Under the pieces are notes generated by a model. The model ran no database searches. It saw nothing but the letters and a program-made list of their open reading frames with translations, and was not told the DNA's origin. Of a stretch of DNA of 40,781 nucleotides, positions 1 to 7,638 are shown in pieces. The stretch's first letter is position 1, and every line of letters starts with the position of its first letter. The position numbers were made by a program, and so were the translations under genes. Source of the stretch: an uncultured Muribaculaceae bacterium (lineage in GTDB: Bacteria > Bacillota_I > Bacilli_A > RF39 > UBA660); the NCBI GenBank assembly GCA_964538005.1, contig CAZIDO010000002.1:1-40781 (forward strand). The letters run 5' to 3'.

Positions 1-57
1 GATTAAACAAAAAGCGATATATTCTTTTTGAATATACCACTTTGTCAACAATCTGGG

Positions 58-82
58 AGATACTAAATAGTATCTTTTTTTT
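58..82 (+). terminator. Rho-independent terminator of the gene upstream of the window
   Basis: Hairpin AGATACT-aaat-AGTATCT (58-75) followed by a T-run to 82. Confidence 0.6.
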
Positions 83-110
83 ATATAAATGTGCATTTTT
101 TTTAACTTTA

Positions 111-119
111 TGTTATAAT
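111..119 (+). promoter_or_regulatory. Extended -10 promoter element (TGtTATAAT) for the HipA-like cassette
   Basis: TGTTATAAT at 111-119, about 22 nt upstream of the GGAGGTG RBS and ATG 142. No good -35 box. Confidence 0.4.
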
Positions 120-141
120 ACATTAACAATGGAGGTGTGTT

Positions 142-498
142 ATGACAAATTTTGATATTTTATGGAGTAGATATGATGATAAATTTAAATGTCTTATTGG
201 CAATTTAAATTATGATGGTATTTGGCATTTCACTTATGATGAAGAGGGAGTTGATTTTGCTACTCAACTTGGATTTGTAGGTTTTCCAGAGTTTCCAGAA
301 ATAACTAAAACATATGAAAGTAATATGTTATTTTCTACTTTTGCGACACGTATTCATAACGCTTCAAACACTATAACTGAAAGTGAAAAAATAAATTTGC
401 TACATCATGGAAATGGGGTTTTAATTACCGATAATATTGAGATTGTTGAAGATCGCGTAAAGTCTGAAGGAAGGCAAAAGACATATGGAACGAATTGA
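142..498 (+). CDS. HipA N-terminal-domain-like protein (HipS-like stand-alone N-domain)
   Basis: 118 aa with a strong RBS (GGAGGTG). IGNLNYDGIWHFTYDEEGV ... FPEFPE ... LFSTFATRI ... LLHHGNGVLITDNIEI follows the pattern of the HipA N-terminal coupling domain. It overlaps the kinase ORF by 14 nt. Confidence 0.5.
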   Translation: MTNFDILWSRYDDKFKCLIGNLNYDGIWHFTYDEEGVDFATQLGFVGFPEFPEITKTYESNMLFSTFATRIHNASNTITESEKINLLHHGNGVLITDNIEIVEDRVKSEGRQKTYGTN

Positions 499-1315
499 CG
501 TAACAGATTTAACAAAAACTGGTGAAGAGCCTCGTGGCTTCAGTGAAAAATATTGGATAAATGACGGCATAGATAAACTTGTAAAATATAACAGTTCAGT
601 TTGTGTAGATTCGGATGTAATGGAAAGTTTGTCCACTACTATATTTAATGCTTTGCATATTGATGTCGTTAATGTAGCTTTAGGATATAATTCTACTTGT
701 GTTGACGAACAACATTGTTGTATAGTAGATAGTTTTTTAACAGACAAGGCCGACATAAGTATAAATTTATTAAATTATAAATGGCCTAAAGTGAACACAA
801 ACGACCAACAAAAAAATATAAGCAGTTGTTTTTATAAGATGTTTAGCATCTTTGGTAATTTGATGGGAATGAATTCAGAAAGTTTGGAATTAATGAAAAG
901 CCAATATATAAGGATGATATTGGGAGATTGTATCATTGATAATGAAGACAGAAGGCTTAAAAATCTTGAGGCAATTTATAATGAAAAAGCTTTTAGTTAT
1001 AGACTTGCTCCAGCTTTTGACAATGCTTTAGCTTTTAATGCTTTTAATATTGGTGGGGCAGAGGGATATTGTTTTATTGGTAACCAAGAATTTTTAGCAG
1101 AAGATATAATAACCTATATTTTAGGGCACTATTATCCAATAGTAGAAGATATCACTCAAAATCTTGATTATTTAGCGGAACATCAAATGGGTGACATCTT
1201 AAATGAATATGGTGATGTAATACCTCTTGAAAAATCCTTATTTATTTATAAATATATAGAGGGCACGAATGAGTTTATAAAGGCTTCAACTCCAGACTTA
1301 GCAATTAAAAGATAA
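485..1315 (+). CDS. HipA-like Ser/Thr kinase, C-terminal (catalytic) domain only
   Basis: 276 aa. Catalytic-loop-like DNEDRRLKN and Mg-binding-like LAPAFDNALAF match the HipA_C signatures (xDxHxKN ... LAPxYD). It lacks its own N-terminal domain. Confidence 0.65.
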   Translation: MERIDVTDLTKTGEEPRGFSEKYWINDGIDKLVKYNSSVCVDSDVMESLSTTIFNALHIDVVNVALGYNSTCVDEQHCCIVDSFLTDKADISINLLNYKWPKVNTNDQQKNISSCFYKMFSIFGNLMGMNSESLELMKSQYIRMILGDCIIDNEDRRLKNLEAIYNEKAFSYRLAPAFDNALAFNAFNIGGAEGYCFIGNQEFLAEDIITYILGHYYPIVEDITQNLDYLAEHQMGDILNEYGDVIPLEKSLFIYKYIEGTNEFIKASTPDLAIKR

Positions 1316-1330
1316 TTAATTATCTTTTTT
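1310..1330 (+). terminator. Rho-independent terminator after the HipA-like cassette
   Basis: Perfect palindrome AGATAATTAATTATCT (1310-1325, includes the stop codon) followed by a T-run to 1330. Confidence 0.6.
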
Positions 1331-1402
1331 ATATAAATATGCGTTTATTAACGGGCTTGCACAGACTTTGAATTTTAGTCTATATTTTCTGAAGGCAGGG
1401 GT

Positions 1403-1498
1403 ATGATGGTAAGTAGTTATTATGAAGAATTGAAAGAGAGAAAAAGTAATGGAAAAAAATTAGATATAACTGATTTAACTAAAGAAGAATGGAAATAA
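1403..1498 (+). CDS. Possible small ORF (31 aa, MMVSSYYEELKERKSNGKKLDITDLTKEEWK)
   Basis: ATG with a weak G-rich RBS. Followed immediately by hairpin GGTAC-aacaa-GTACC plus a T-run (1499-1520). No recognisable family. Confidence 0.25.
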   Translation: MMVSSYYEELKERKSNGKKLDITDLTKEEWK

Positions 1499-1570
1499 TG
1501 GTACAACAAGTACCTTTTTGTATTATTACAATCAAATAAAAATAGACTTATATAGAGGGGAGGAATATAG

Positions 1571-1846
1571 ATGATACCAGATGTTCCTCCTAAAATATTT
1601 ACTTTAAGCGCGGTGACAATTGGCTATTTATTATTAGATGATACAACGGCTGAAGAACAAAATGCTTTAGGCAACTGGTTAATGCTAGTCGCTCAAGTAA
1701 TTTGTACTAATGGATTTTATAAACAATTACAAAATGCGAGAACAGGCAATAAGCAAAGTTATGATACCGTAGCAATGCTACAAAAAATGGTTAATGCGAT
1801 GAATAGGGAAATAGAAGAATTAAAACGCCAAAATAAAAAGGATTAA
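1571..1846 (+). CDS. Hypothetical small protein (91 aa)
   Basis: Strong RBS (GAGGGGAGG) 8 nt upstream. Hydrophobic N-half and a charged coiled C-tail. No family recognised. Confidence 0.5.
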   Translation: MIPDVPPKIFTLSAVTIGYLLLDDTTAEEQNALGNWLMLVAQVICTNGFYKQLQNARTGNKQSYDTVAMLQKMVNAMNREIEELKRQNKKD

Positions 1847-2187
1847 AATCCTTTTGTTTTCACATATTCTTTAGCTTTTCTTATATCTTCTTTTTCGGTT
1901 GACCAAATTAAACGTGATTTTGCTAAAGCGTCATCGTCAGCTAGGGTTGGATCAGAATCAAATTGCAATCCTAGTCCATCTAAAACATCGGCAATCAATT
2001 GAGTATATTTGTAATCTGTTGGAATGCTATTTAATGTACTTGGATTAATAGCAGCATCTTGTGCAATTCTATAAACCTCTTCTTCAAATGTTGGCTCAAT
2101 CTCTTCGGCCTCAACCTCTGGCCAATCACAATTAACTGCGATTTCTGAATTTACTATTACTTTAGTCATTTCGTCTCCCCCAATCAT
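1843..2187 (-). CDS. Hypothetical acidic protein (about 108-114 aa)
   Basis: The ORF converges on the previous gene. The likely true start is the internal ATG at 2169, preceded by GGGGGAG. Very acidic sequence with no family recognised. Confidence 0.5.
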   Translation of the reverse strand: MIGGDEMTKVIVNSEIAVNCDWPEVEAEEIEPTFEEEVYRIAQDAAINPSTLNSIPTDYKYTQLIADVLDGLGLQFDSDPTLADDDALAKSRLIWSTEKEDIRKAKEYVKTKGF

Positions 2188-2303
2188 GATAATCTACACC
2201 TACATCATATAATTAAATATCGTAATTGTCAATAAATAATTTGTCGTATTTTGTATTTATGGTTTACAAAGAGAGAACCCTGATATATAATAAATAGGTA
2301 GAA

Positions 2304-3068
2304 ATGAGTGGTATGATGAAGGCATTAATAACAGGCGCGAGTTCAGGATTAGGGGCTGACATGGCCAGAGTATTAAGTAATGAAGGTTATGAATTAATTT
2401 TAGTAGCTAGAAGAAAAGATAAATTAGAAACCTTAAAAGAAGAATTGAATACTAAAGTAGAAATTATTACCATGGATGTTTCAAGTACTTTTAACTGCAT
2501 GAAACTATATAATAAAGTAAAAAAACAAAATATTGATATATTAATAAATAATGCCGGTTTTGGAATGTGTGGAAACTTTTCAAAAACTAATTTAGATAAA
2601 GAATTAGATATGATTGATTTAAACATAAAGACTGTTCATACTTTAACGAAATTATTCTTAGAAGATTTTAAGAAAAAAGACCAAGGGTATATCCTTAATG
2701 TCGCATCATCAGCCGCCTTTATGCCGGGGCCTTTGATGGCAGCATACTACGGGACTAAAAGCTATGTTTTAAAGCTGTCAGAGGCTATTTATGAAGAATT
2801 AAAGCGTGATAACAGTAACATTTCAATTAGTGTGTTATGTCCAGGTCCAGTTGAAACAGAATTTAATAAAGTAGCAGGAGTTAGTTTCAGTATTAAGCCA
2901 GAAACTAGTGAAGAAGTAGCTAAATATGCAATTAAACAAATGTTTAAAGAAAAATTAATAATAGTTCCAAGTTTTAAAATGAAACTAGCAGTTTTTATGA
3001 CTAGATTTGTACCAACAAAATTATTATTAAAAATGGTTTATAAAATTCAAAAGAGTAAAAACGCATAA
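2304..3068 (+). CDS. SDR-family short-chain dehydrogenase/reductase
   Basis: TGASSGLG cofactor motif, NNAG, and a catalytic YxxxK (YYGTKSY). Confidence 0.9.
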   Translation: MSGMMKALITGASSGLGADMARVLSNEGYELILVARRKDKLETLKEELNTKVEIITMDVSSTFNCMKLYNKVKKQNIDILINNAGFGMCGNFSKTNLDKELDMIDLNIKTVHTLTKLFLEDFKKKDQGYILNVASSAAFMPGPLMAAYYGTKSYVLKLSEAIYEELKRDNSNISISVLCPGPVETEFNKVAGVSFSIKPETSEEVAKYAIKQMFKEKLIIVPSFKMKLAVFMTRFVPTKLLLKMVYKIQKSKNA

Positions 3069-3107
3069 AAGTATTATGTGTTTTTTATTGGTAATTGGGG
3101 CTTTGGG

Positions 3108-3136
3108 TTGTAAATGAAAGGTATTTATATTATAAT
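3108..3136 (+). promoter_or_regulatory. Sigma-A-type promoter for the ecf-truA operon
   Basis: TTGTAA (3108-3113), 17-nt spacer, TATAAT (3131-3136). It lies just after a hairpin and T-run that terminate the SDR gene (about 3061-3090). Confidence 0.55.
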
Positions 3137-3142
3137 AAATAA

Positions 3143-3964
3143 GTGGTGATGGAAATGAAAAGCATAATTCAAATCGAAAACTTAACTTTTAAATATCACG
3201 ATATAGTAGTATTTGAAAATTTAAATTTAGAAATAAAAAAAGCTAGTTTTACAACCATCTTAGGTGCTAACGGATCAGGAAAAAGTACCTTGATAAAACT
3301 AATTTTAGGATTGATAAAAGGTACTAACTTTGTGAGTATTGATGACTTACCAGTTAATAAAGAAAACTTAAGAAAAATAAGAAAAAAAATAGGAGTAGTA
3401 TTTCAAAATCCTAGTTCAGGTTTTGTTGCTGAAACTGTGGCTGATGAAATAGCGTTTTCTTTAGAAAATTTAAGATTAGAACCTAAAAAAATAGAAGAGA
3501 AAGTAAACAATTTAGCTAATAAACTAGGCCTAGAAGCTATCTTAGAATATGAACCTCATCACTTAGATGTTCAAGCTAAGCAGTTGGTTGCTTTAGCGTC
3601 GGCCCTTATAATTGAGCCAGAAATCTTAATTATTGATGACGGATTAAACAATTTAGATAATGATAAAAAAAATGAAGTGTTAGAATTTTTAAAAGAGTTA
3701 AATAAAACAAGAGGAATGACAATTATTAATATAACCGATGATGTTGAAGATTGTTTATTCGGAACTGATATAATTATTTTAAAAGACAAGAAAGTCGCAT
3801 TATCAGATAAAACAGAAATAGTTTTAGAAAACGAAGAAATATTCAATGAATCGAAATTAGAATTACCGTTTATAATTGCTTTATCAAATAAATTGAAATT
3901 TTATAATTTAATCGATAAAACTTATTATGATTCAGAAAAGTTGGTGGATGATTTATGGAAATAA
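3143..3964 (+). CDS. ecfA1: Energy-coupling-factor transporter ATPase EcfA1 (with degenerate catalytic motifs)
   Basis: Walker A GANGSGKST. Its position as the first of two ABC ATPases before ecfT-truA is the conserved Firmicute order. The true start is probably ATG 3149 or 3155. Signature, Walker B Glu and H-loop are substituted (see findings). Confidence 0.88.
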   Translation: MVMEMKSIIQIENLTFKYHDIVVFENLNLEIKKASFTTILGANGSGKSTLIKLILGLIKGTNFVSIDDLPVNKENLRKIRKKIGVVFQNPSSGFVAETVADEIAFSLENLRLEPKKIEEKVNNLANKLGLEAILEYEPHHLDVQAKQLVALASALIIEPEILIIDDGLNNLDNDKKNEVLEFLKELNKTRGMTIINITDDVEDCLFGTDIIILKDKKVALSDKTEIVLENEEIFNESKLELPFIIALSNKLKFYNLIDKTYYDSEKLVDDLWK

Positions 3965-4797
3965 AATTTGATAATGTCAGTTATATTGAAAATAATAAAA
4001 CGGGTTTGAAAAGGAAAATATTAAACGATTTAACTTTTACAATTAAAGATAATACCGTAGCAGGATTTATTGGTCCCGCCGGAAGCGGTAAAACAACTAT
4101 TTTAGAATTAATCAATGCTTTGCTTTTTCCAAGTAGTGGAGTAATAACTATTGGTGAAAATGAAACAGGTAAAAAAGAAAACTTAAATGAAATAAGATTT
4201 AATGTTGGTTTAGTTTATCAAGATCCAGAACGACAATTTTTCTGTGAAACGGTTAAAGAAGAATTAGCATTTGCCTTACAAAACTTTAACTTTCAAGTAG
4301 AGAACAAAGAAAAAAGAATTAGTGATTCTTTAAAAATGGTAGGTTTAGATGACACTTATTTAAATCGCTCACCATTTGAATTAAGCAAAGGAGAACAAAG
4401 AAAAGTTGCTTTAGCGGTGGTTTTGGCCTTCAATCCGGAAGTAATTATTTTAGATGAACCAATGATGGATTTAGATAGTGCTAGTAAAAAACATTTATTA
4501 AAATTAATTAAAATGATGAAATTAAGATATAATAAAACCATTATTTTAGTAACTAATGATACAGATTTATTGCATGCTGTAGCTGATAATATCTACGTAA
4601 TCAATGATGGTAGAATAGTTTTAGAAGGTAGTAAATATGAAGTTTTTGGCGATTATGAAAGATTAAATAATTTTAAAATCAAATGTCCAAAAATAATGGA
4701 ATTTTCTCATTTAGTTAAGAATAAGAAAAATATTGATATCGGTTATAGGGACGATATTAATGATTTAATGAAAGATATATACCGCTATGTTAAATAA
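3955..4797 (+). CDS. ecfA2: Energy-coupling-factor transporter ATPase EcfA2
   Basis: Walker A GPAGSGKTT, signature-like LSKGEQ, Walker B IILDEP. Overlaps ecfA1 and ecfT. Confidence 0.9.
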   Translation: MEIKFDNVSYIENNKTGLKRKILNDLTFTIKDNTVAGFIGPAGSGKTTILELINALLFPSSGVITIGENETGKKENLNEIRFNVGLVYQDPERQFFCETVKEELAFALQNFNFQVENKEKRISDSLKMVGLDDTYLNRSPFELSKGEQRKVALAVVLAFNPEVIILDEPMMDLDSASKKHLLKLIKMMKLRYNKTIILVTNDTDLLHAVADNIYVINDGRIVLEGSKYEVFGDYERLNNFKIKCPKIMEFSHLVKNKKNIDIGYRDDINDLMKDIYRYVK

Positions 4798-5539
4798 AAT
4801 ATACATTGGCAACTATTATCCAGAAAAATCAAATGTTCATGATATGAATCCCTTATCAAAAATAATATGCGCATTTCTATTCATTTTAATGACCTTATTT
4901 TCTGGTGATTTAGAAATATCTGGCATTTTAACTTTACTAGTTATGATAATGATTATGAATACGGATATTCCATTAGTAGTTTATTATCGTATTTTAAAAA
5001 ACTTAAAATATATTTTATTAACATTATTTATTGCATTTTTATTAGCGACATTTTCATTTTGGAGTGCGATAACTGTTTTATTAAATGCTAGCTTAATTAT
5101 TGCTTATGTATCTATTTTAACTTTAACAACATCGCCAACTGAAATAATTTATGGTATTGAAAGGTTATTAATACCTTTAAAATACTTTGATGTTAATATA
5201 AGTAAAATTGCTTTAAATATTGGATTAGGTTTGAGATTTATTCCAACAGTAATTGATCAAGGTGAAAATATCTTAAAATCCGAAGCTAGTAGAGGAATTG
5301 ATAAAAATAATAGTTTTAAAGAATGGTTTATCGCCGTAAAAGGAATGATAGTTCCTGCTGTTACTTTATCAGTAAGGCGATTTAATAATTTAAAAATAAT
5401 CATGTCATTAAGACTATTTGGAATAAACAAAACAAGAACAAATTACAGAATAAATAAATGGCATTTATTTGATACTTATCTATTAGTTATTCATTTAGCG
5501 ATTATGATAATTATCATTATGAGAGGAGTATTATCATGA
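4787..5539 (+). CDS. ecfT: Energy-coupling-factor transporter transmembrane subunit EcfT
   Basis: Polytopic membrane protein in the conserved ecfA1-ecfA2-ecfT position. Contains the EcfT/CbiQ-like ...SEASRGID... coupling-helix region. Confidence 0.88.
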   Translation: MLNKIYIGNYYPEKSNVHDMNPLSKIICAFLFILMTLFSGDLEISGILTLLVMIMIMNTDIPLVVYYRILKNLKYILLTLFIAFLLATFSFWSAITVLLNASLIIAYVSILTLTTSPTEIIYGIERLLIPLKYFDVNISKIALNIGLGLRFIPTVIDQGENILKSEASRGIDKNNSFKEWFIAVKGMIVPAVTLSVRRFNNLKIIMSLRLFGINKTRTNYRINKWHLFDTYLLVIHLAIMIIIIMRGVLS

Positions 5540-6279
5540 GATATTTTATGACTTTTTCATACGACGGTTCAAAATATAAGGGTTATCAAAAACAACCTAA
5601 AGCAAAGACCGTTCAAGGTGAAATAGAAAAAGCCTTAAAAACAATCAACGGAGGTAAGAAAGTCGATATACAAGGGTCGGGTAGAACTGACACTGGTGTT
5701 CATGCGTATAATCAAAAAGCTCATTTTGATTTAGAGATGAAACATATAACTCCAGAAAAATTAAGAGATGGTTTAAATAGTTTATTACCAAAAGATATCT
5801 ATATTAAAGATATTGAAATTGTGGCAGATGACTTTCATGCTAGATATAATGTTAAAGCTAAAGAATATATTTATATTATTAATATGGGAGAATATAATCC
5901 AATAGAAAAAGATTATATTTATCAATATAATAAAAAATTAGATGTAGTTGAGATGGAAAGAGCTTTAAAATATTTAGAAGGCACCCATAGTTTTAAATCA
6001 TTTACTAAAACTGATGATGAAAAAGAAGATTATACAAGAACTATTGTCCAAACAAATTTAATTAGAGATATGAAAAATGTTAACAAAATAACTTTATCAT
6101 TCTTAGGAACGGGTTTTTTAAGATATATGGTTAGAAACATGATCGGAACTTTAATTGAGATTGGTGAAGGCAAAAGAAAAAGTGAAGATATTATTGAAAT
6201 TTTAAGACAAGAGGATCGAAGAAAAGCTGGTAAAACTGCCGCACCAGAAGGATTATATTTGAAAGATGTCTTATATTAA
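5536..6279 (+). CDS. truA: tRNA pseudouridine(38-40) synthase TruA
   Basis: GSGRTDTGVHA catalytic Asp motif and FLRYMVRNMIGTL. ATGA start/stop overlap with ecfT. Confidence 0.93.
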   Translation: MRYFMTFSYDGSKYKGYQKQPKAKTVQGEIEKALKTINGGKKVDIQGSGRTDTGVHAYNQKAHFDLEMKHITPEKLRDGLNSLLPKDIYIKDIEIVADDFHARYNVKAKEYIYIINMGEYNPIEKDYIYQYNKKLDVVEMERALKYLEGTHSFKSFTKTDDEKEDYTRTIVQTNLIRDMKNVNKITLSFLGTGFLRYMVRNMIGTLIEIGEGKRKSEDIIEILRQEDRRKAGKTAAPEGLYLKDVLY

Positions 6280-6320
6280 TAAAATAAGTATACAAAAACT
6301 ATAAAAAGCATATAATTTTA

Positions 6321-6349
6321 TTGACTTTTATAGTTTTTTTTAATATAAT
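6321..6349 (+). promoter_or_regulatory. Sigma-A-type promoter for rplM-rpsI
   Basis: TTGACT (6321-6326), 17-nt spacer, TATAAT (6344-6349). Confidence 0.7.
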
Positions 6350-6355
6350 GGTAAC

Positions 6356-6428
6356 TGGTACATTTATTTATCCCACATCAGTAAGTTCTGGGAAAACTTG
6401 CTAATGTAAAGGAGAAAGGACAAAATTT
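6356..6428 (+). ncRNA. Possible ribosomal-protein L13 leader (5' UTR of rplM)
   Basis: About 70-nt leader between the promoter and the rplM RBS, with a TCCCA...TGGGA hairpin (6371-6393). L13 leaders are known upstream of rplM in low-GC Gram-positives. Covariation was not assessed. Confidence 0.3.
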
Positions 6429-6860
6429 ATGAAAACATACATGCAAAGAAAAGAAGACGTAGTTAGAAACTGGTATGTAATCGATGCTGAAGGTGAAACT
6501 TTAGGTCGTCTAGCTACAAAAGTGGCAACTGTTTTAAAAGGAAAACATAAGCCAACATATACTCCACATATTGATGGTGGAGACTATGTAATCGTAGTTA
6601 ATGCTAGTAAAATTAATTTAACTGGTAACAAGTTAAATGATAAAATCTATTATAACCATAGTAGATATACTGGCGGACTAAGAGAAAGAACTGCTAAAGA
6701 AATGAGAGAAAACTATCCTGTTGAAATGATCGAAAGAGCTGTTAAAGGAATGCTTCCTAAAAATAGATTAGGAAGACAAATGTATAAAAAATTATTTGTA
6801 TATGCAGAAGGGGAACATCAACATAGTGCTCAACAACCACAAGCACTTAAGATGGACTAG
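6429..6860 (+). CDS. rplM: 50S ribosomal protein L13
   Basis: Unmistakable L13 sequence ([33 protein letters not shown]...). Confidence 0.97.
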   Translation: MKTYMQRKEDVVRNWYVIDAEGETLGRLATKVATVLKGKHKPTYTPHIDGGDYVIVVNASKINLTGNKLNDKIYYNHSRYTGGLRERTAKEMRENYPVEMIERAVKGMLPKNRLGRQMYKKLFVYAEGEHQHSAQQPQALKMD

Positions 6861-6870
6861 GAGGATTTAG

Positions 6871-7287
6871 ATGGCTGAAAAAAGAATATTTATTGGAACC
6901 GGTAGAAGAAAAGCTTCAGTAGCTAGAGTTACTTTAGTTCCAGGCAAAGGAAACATAACAATCAATGGTAGAGATGTAAGAGATTACATGCCATATGAAA
7001 CAAACGTTATGGACTTAATGCAACCTTTAGTTGCAACAAATAATGAAAATACATTTGATATCACTGTTAATGTTAATGGTGGTGGATTTACAGGACAAAC
7101 AGGAGCTATTCGTTTAGGTATTACAAGAGCTTTACTTGAATACGACAAAGCAAATGAAAGCAATGAAGATAGTTATAGAAAAACATTAAAAAGAGCAGGG
7201 TTTGTTACAAGAGACCCAAGAGCTAAGGAAAGAAAGAAACCTGGACTTAAAGGCGCTCGTCGTGCTCCACAATTCTCAAAACGTTAA
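6871..7287 (+). CDS. rpsI: 30S ribosomal protein S9
   Basis: Unmistakable S9 sequence ending ...[14 protein letters not shown]. Confidence 0.97.
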   Translation: MAEKRIFIGTGRRKASVARVTLVPGKGNITINGRDVRDYMPYETNVMDLMQPLVATNNENTFDITVNVNGGGFTGQTGAIRLGITRALLEYDKANESNEDSYRKTLKRAGFVTRDPRAKERKKPGLKGARRAPQFSKR

Positions 7288-7308
7288 TTACGAATCAAAA
7301 AAGTTATG

Positions 7309-7342
7309 CCTTATGAACTTATTGTTTATAAGGTTTTTCTTT
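7309..7342 (+). terminator. Rho-independent terminator of rplM-rpsI
   Basis: Stem CCTTATGAA / TTTATAAGG (7309-7317 and 7325-7333) with a 7-nt loop, then TTTTTCTTT. Confidence 0.7.
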
Positions 7343-7450
7343 GACCGAAATAAAGCCAACAATTATATGCGTAATTCTCCTAAACCTGTGGGAAAAACCC
7401 AAAAATGTGTAAAAGTTGCTGTAAAGCCCCATTTTTATTCAAAAAAACTA

Positions 7451-7479
7451 TTGAAGAAATAAAATAAACTACATATAAT
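7451..7479 (+). promoter_or_regulatory. Orphan sigma-A-type promoter
   Basis: TTGAAG (7451-7456), 17-nt spacer, TATAAT (7474-7479). No protein-coding gene follows on this strand. Confidence 0.55.
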
Positions 7480-7485
7480 GTTTAA

Positions 7486-7616
7486 TATAAAGGAGGAATG
7501 CCGAAACAAAAAGTTCATTCGGGGCTGAGCTTCATATACTAGTGTCAATTCATGGAACACGAACATTAGAACATATAATTTCGGGATTCGAAAGGCTTAT
7601 TGCCTTTCCTTTTTTA
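7486..7616 (+). ncRNA. Candidate small RNA or orphan leader (about 130 nt) between a promoter and an intrinsic terminator
   Basis: Bounded by the promoter at 7451-7479 and by terminator GAAAGGC-ttatt-GCCTTTC (7590-7608) plus a T-run (7610-7616). Contains AAGGAGG and CCGAA/TTCGG hairpins. The only ORFs are 5 and 10 codons long. No Rfam family recognised by eye. Confidence 0.3.
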
Positions 7617-7638
7617 TTATTGAAAGAAAAAAAGCCCT

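Noticed and set aside
421-756. Antisense or shadow ORFs of 60-126 aa inside larger genes. Examples: 421-756, 2387-2626, 3571-3846, 4356-4541, 8054-8305, 11019-11297, 14910-15188, 16944-17216, 19017-19199, 20248-20628, 21384-21659, 23540-23776, 25329-25544, 27005-27280, 31046-31282, 31778-31969, 32003-32335, 33059-33271, 34892-35074, 35848-36045, 35881-36129, 38917-39156, 39900-40118 and 40409-40603.
   Set aside because: Each lies wholly within a longer ORF that has clear family signatures or repeat structure. They have no RBS and low-complexity Ile/Leu/Ser/Phe-rich products, as expected from the reverse frames of AT-rich genes.
5537-5539. Possibility of a Mollicutes-type genetic code (TGA = Trp), given the very low G+C and the ECF/ribosomal context.
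   Set aside because: TGA terminates ecfT (5537-5539) at its expected length, in an ATGA overlap with truA. ORF1 of the HipA-like cassette also ends in TGA (496-498). The standard code fits.
7202-7462. 86-aa ORF overlapping the 3' end of rpsI and running into the intergenic region.
   Set aside because: It starts inside the highly conserved S9 C-terminus in another frame, has no RBS, and spans the rpsI terminator hairpin. It is spurious.
7499-7531. 10-codon ORF (MPKQKVHSGL) right after AAGGAGG in the orphan transcript.
   Set aside because: The SD-to-ATG spacing is only about 1 nt and the peptide is featureless. It is kept only as part of the sRNA/leader hypothesis.
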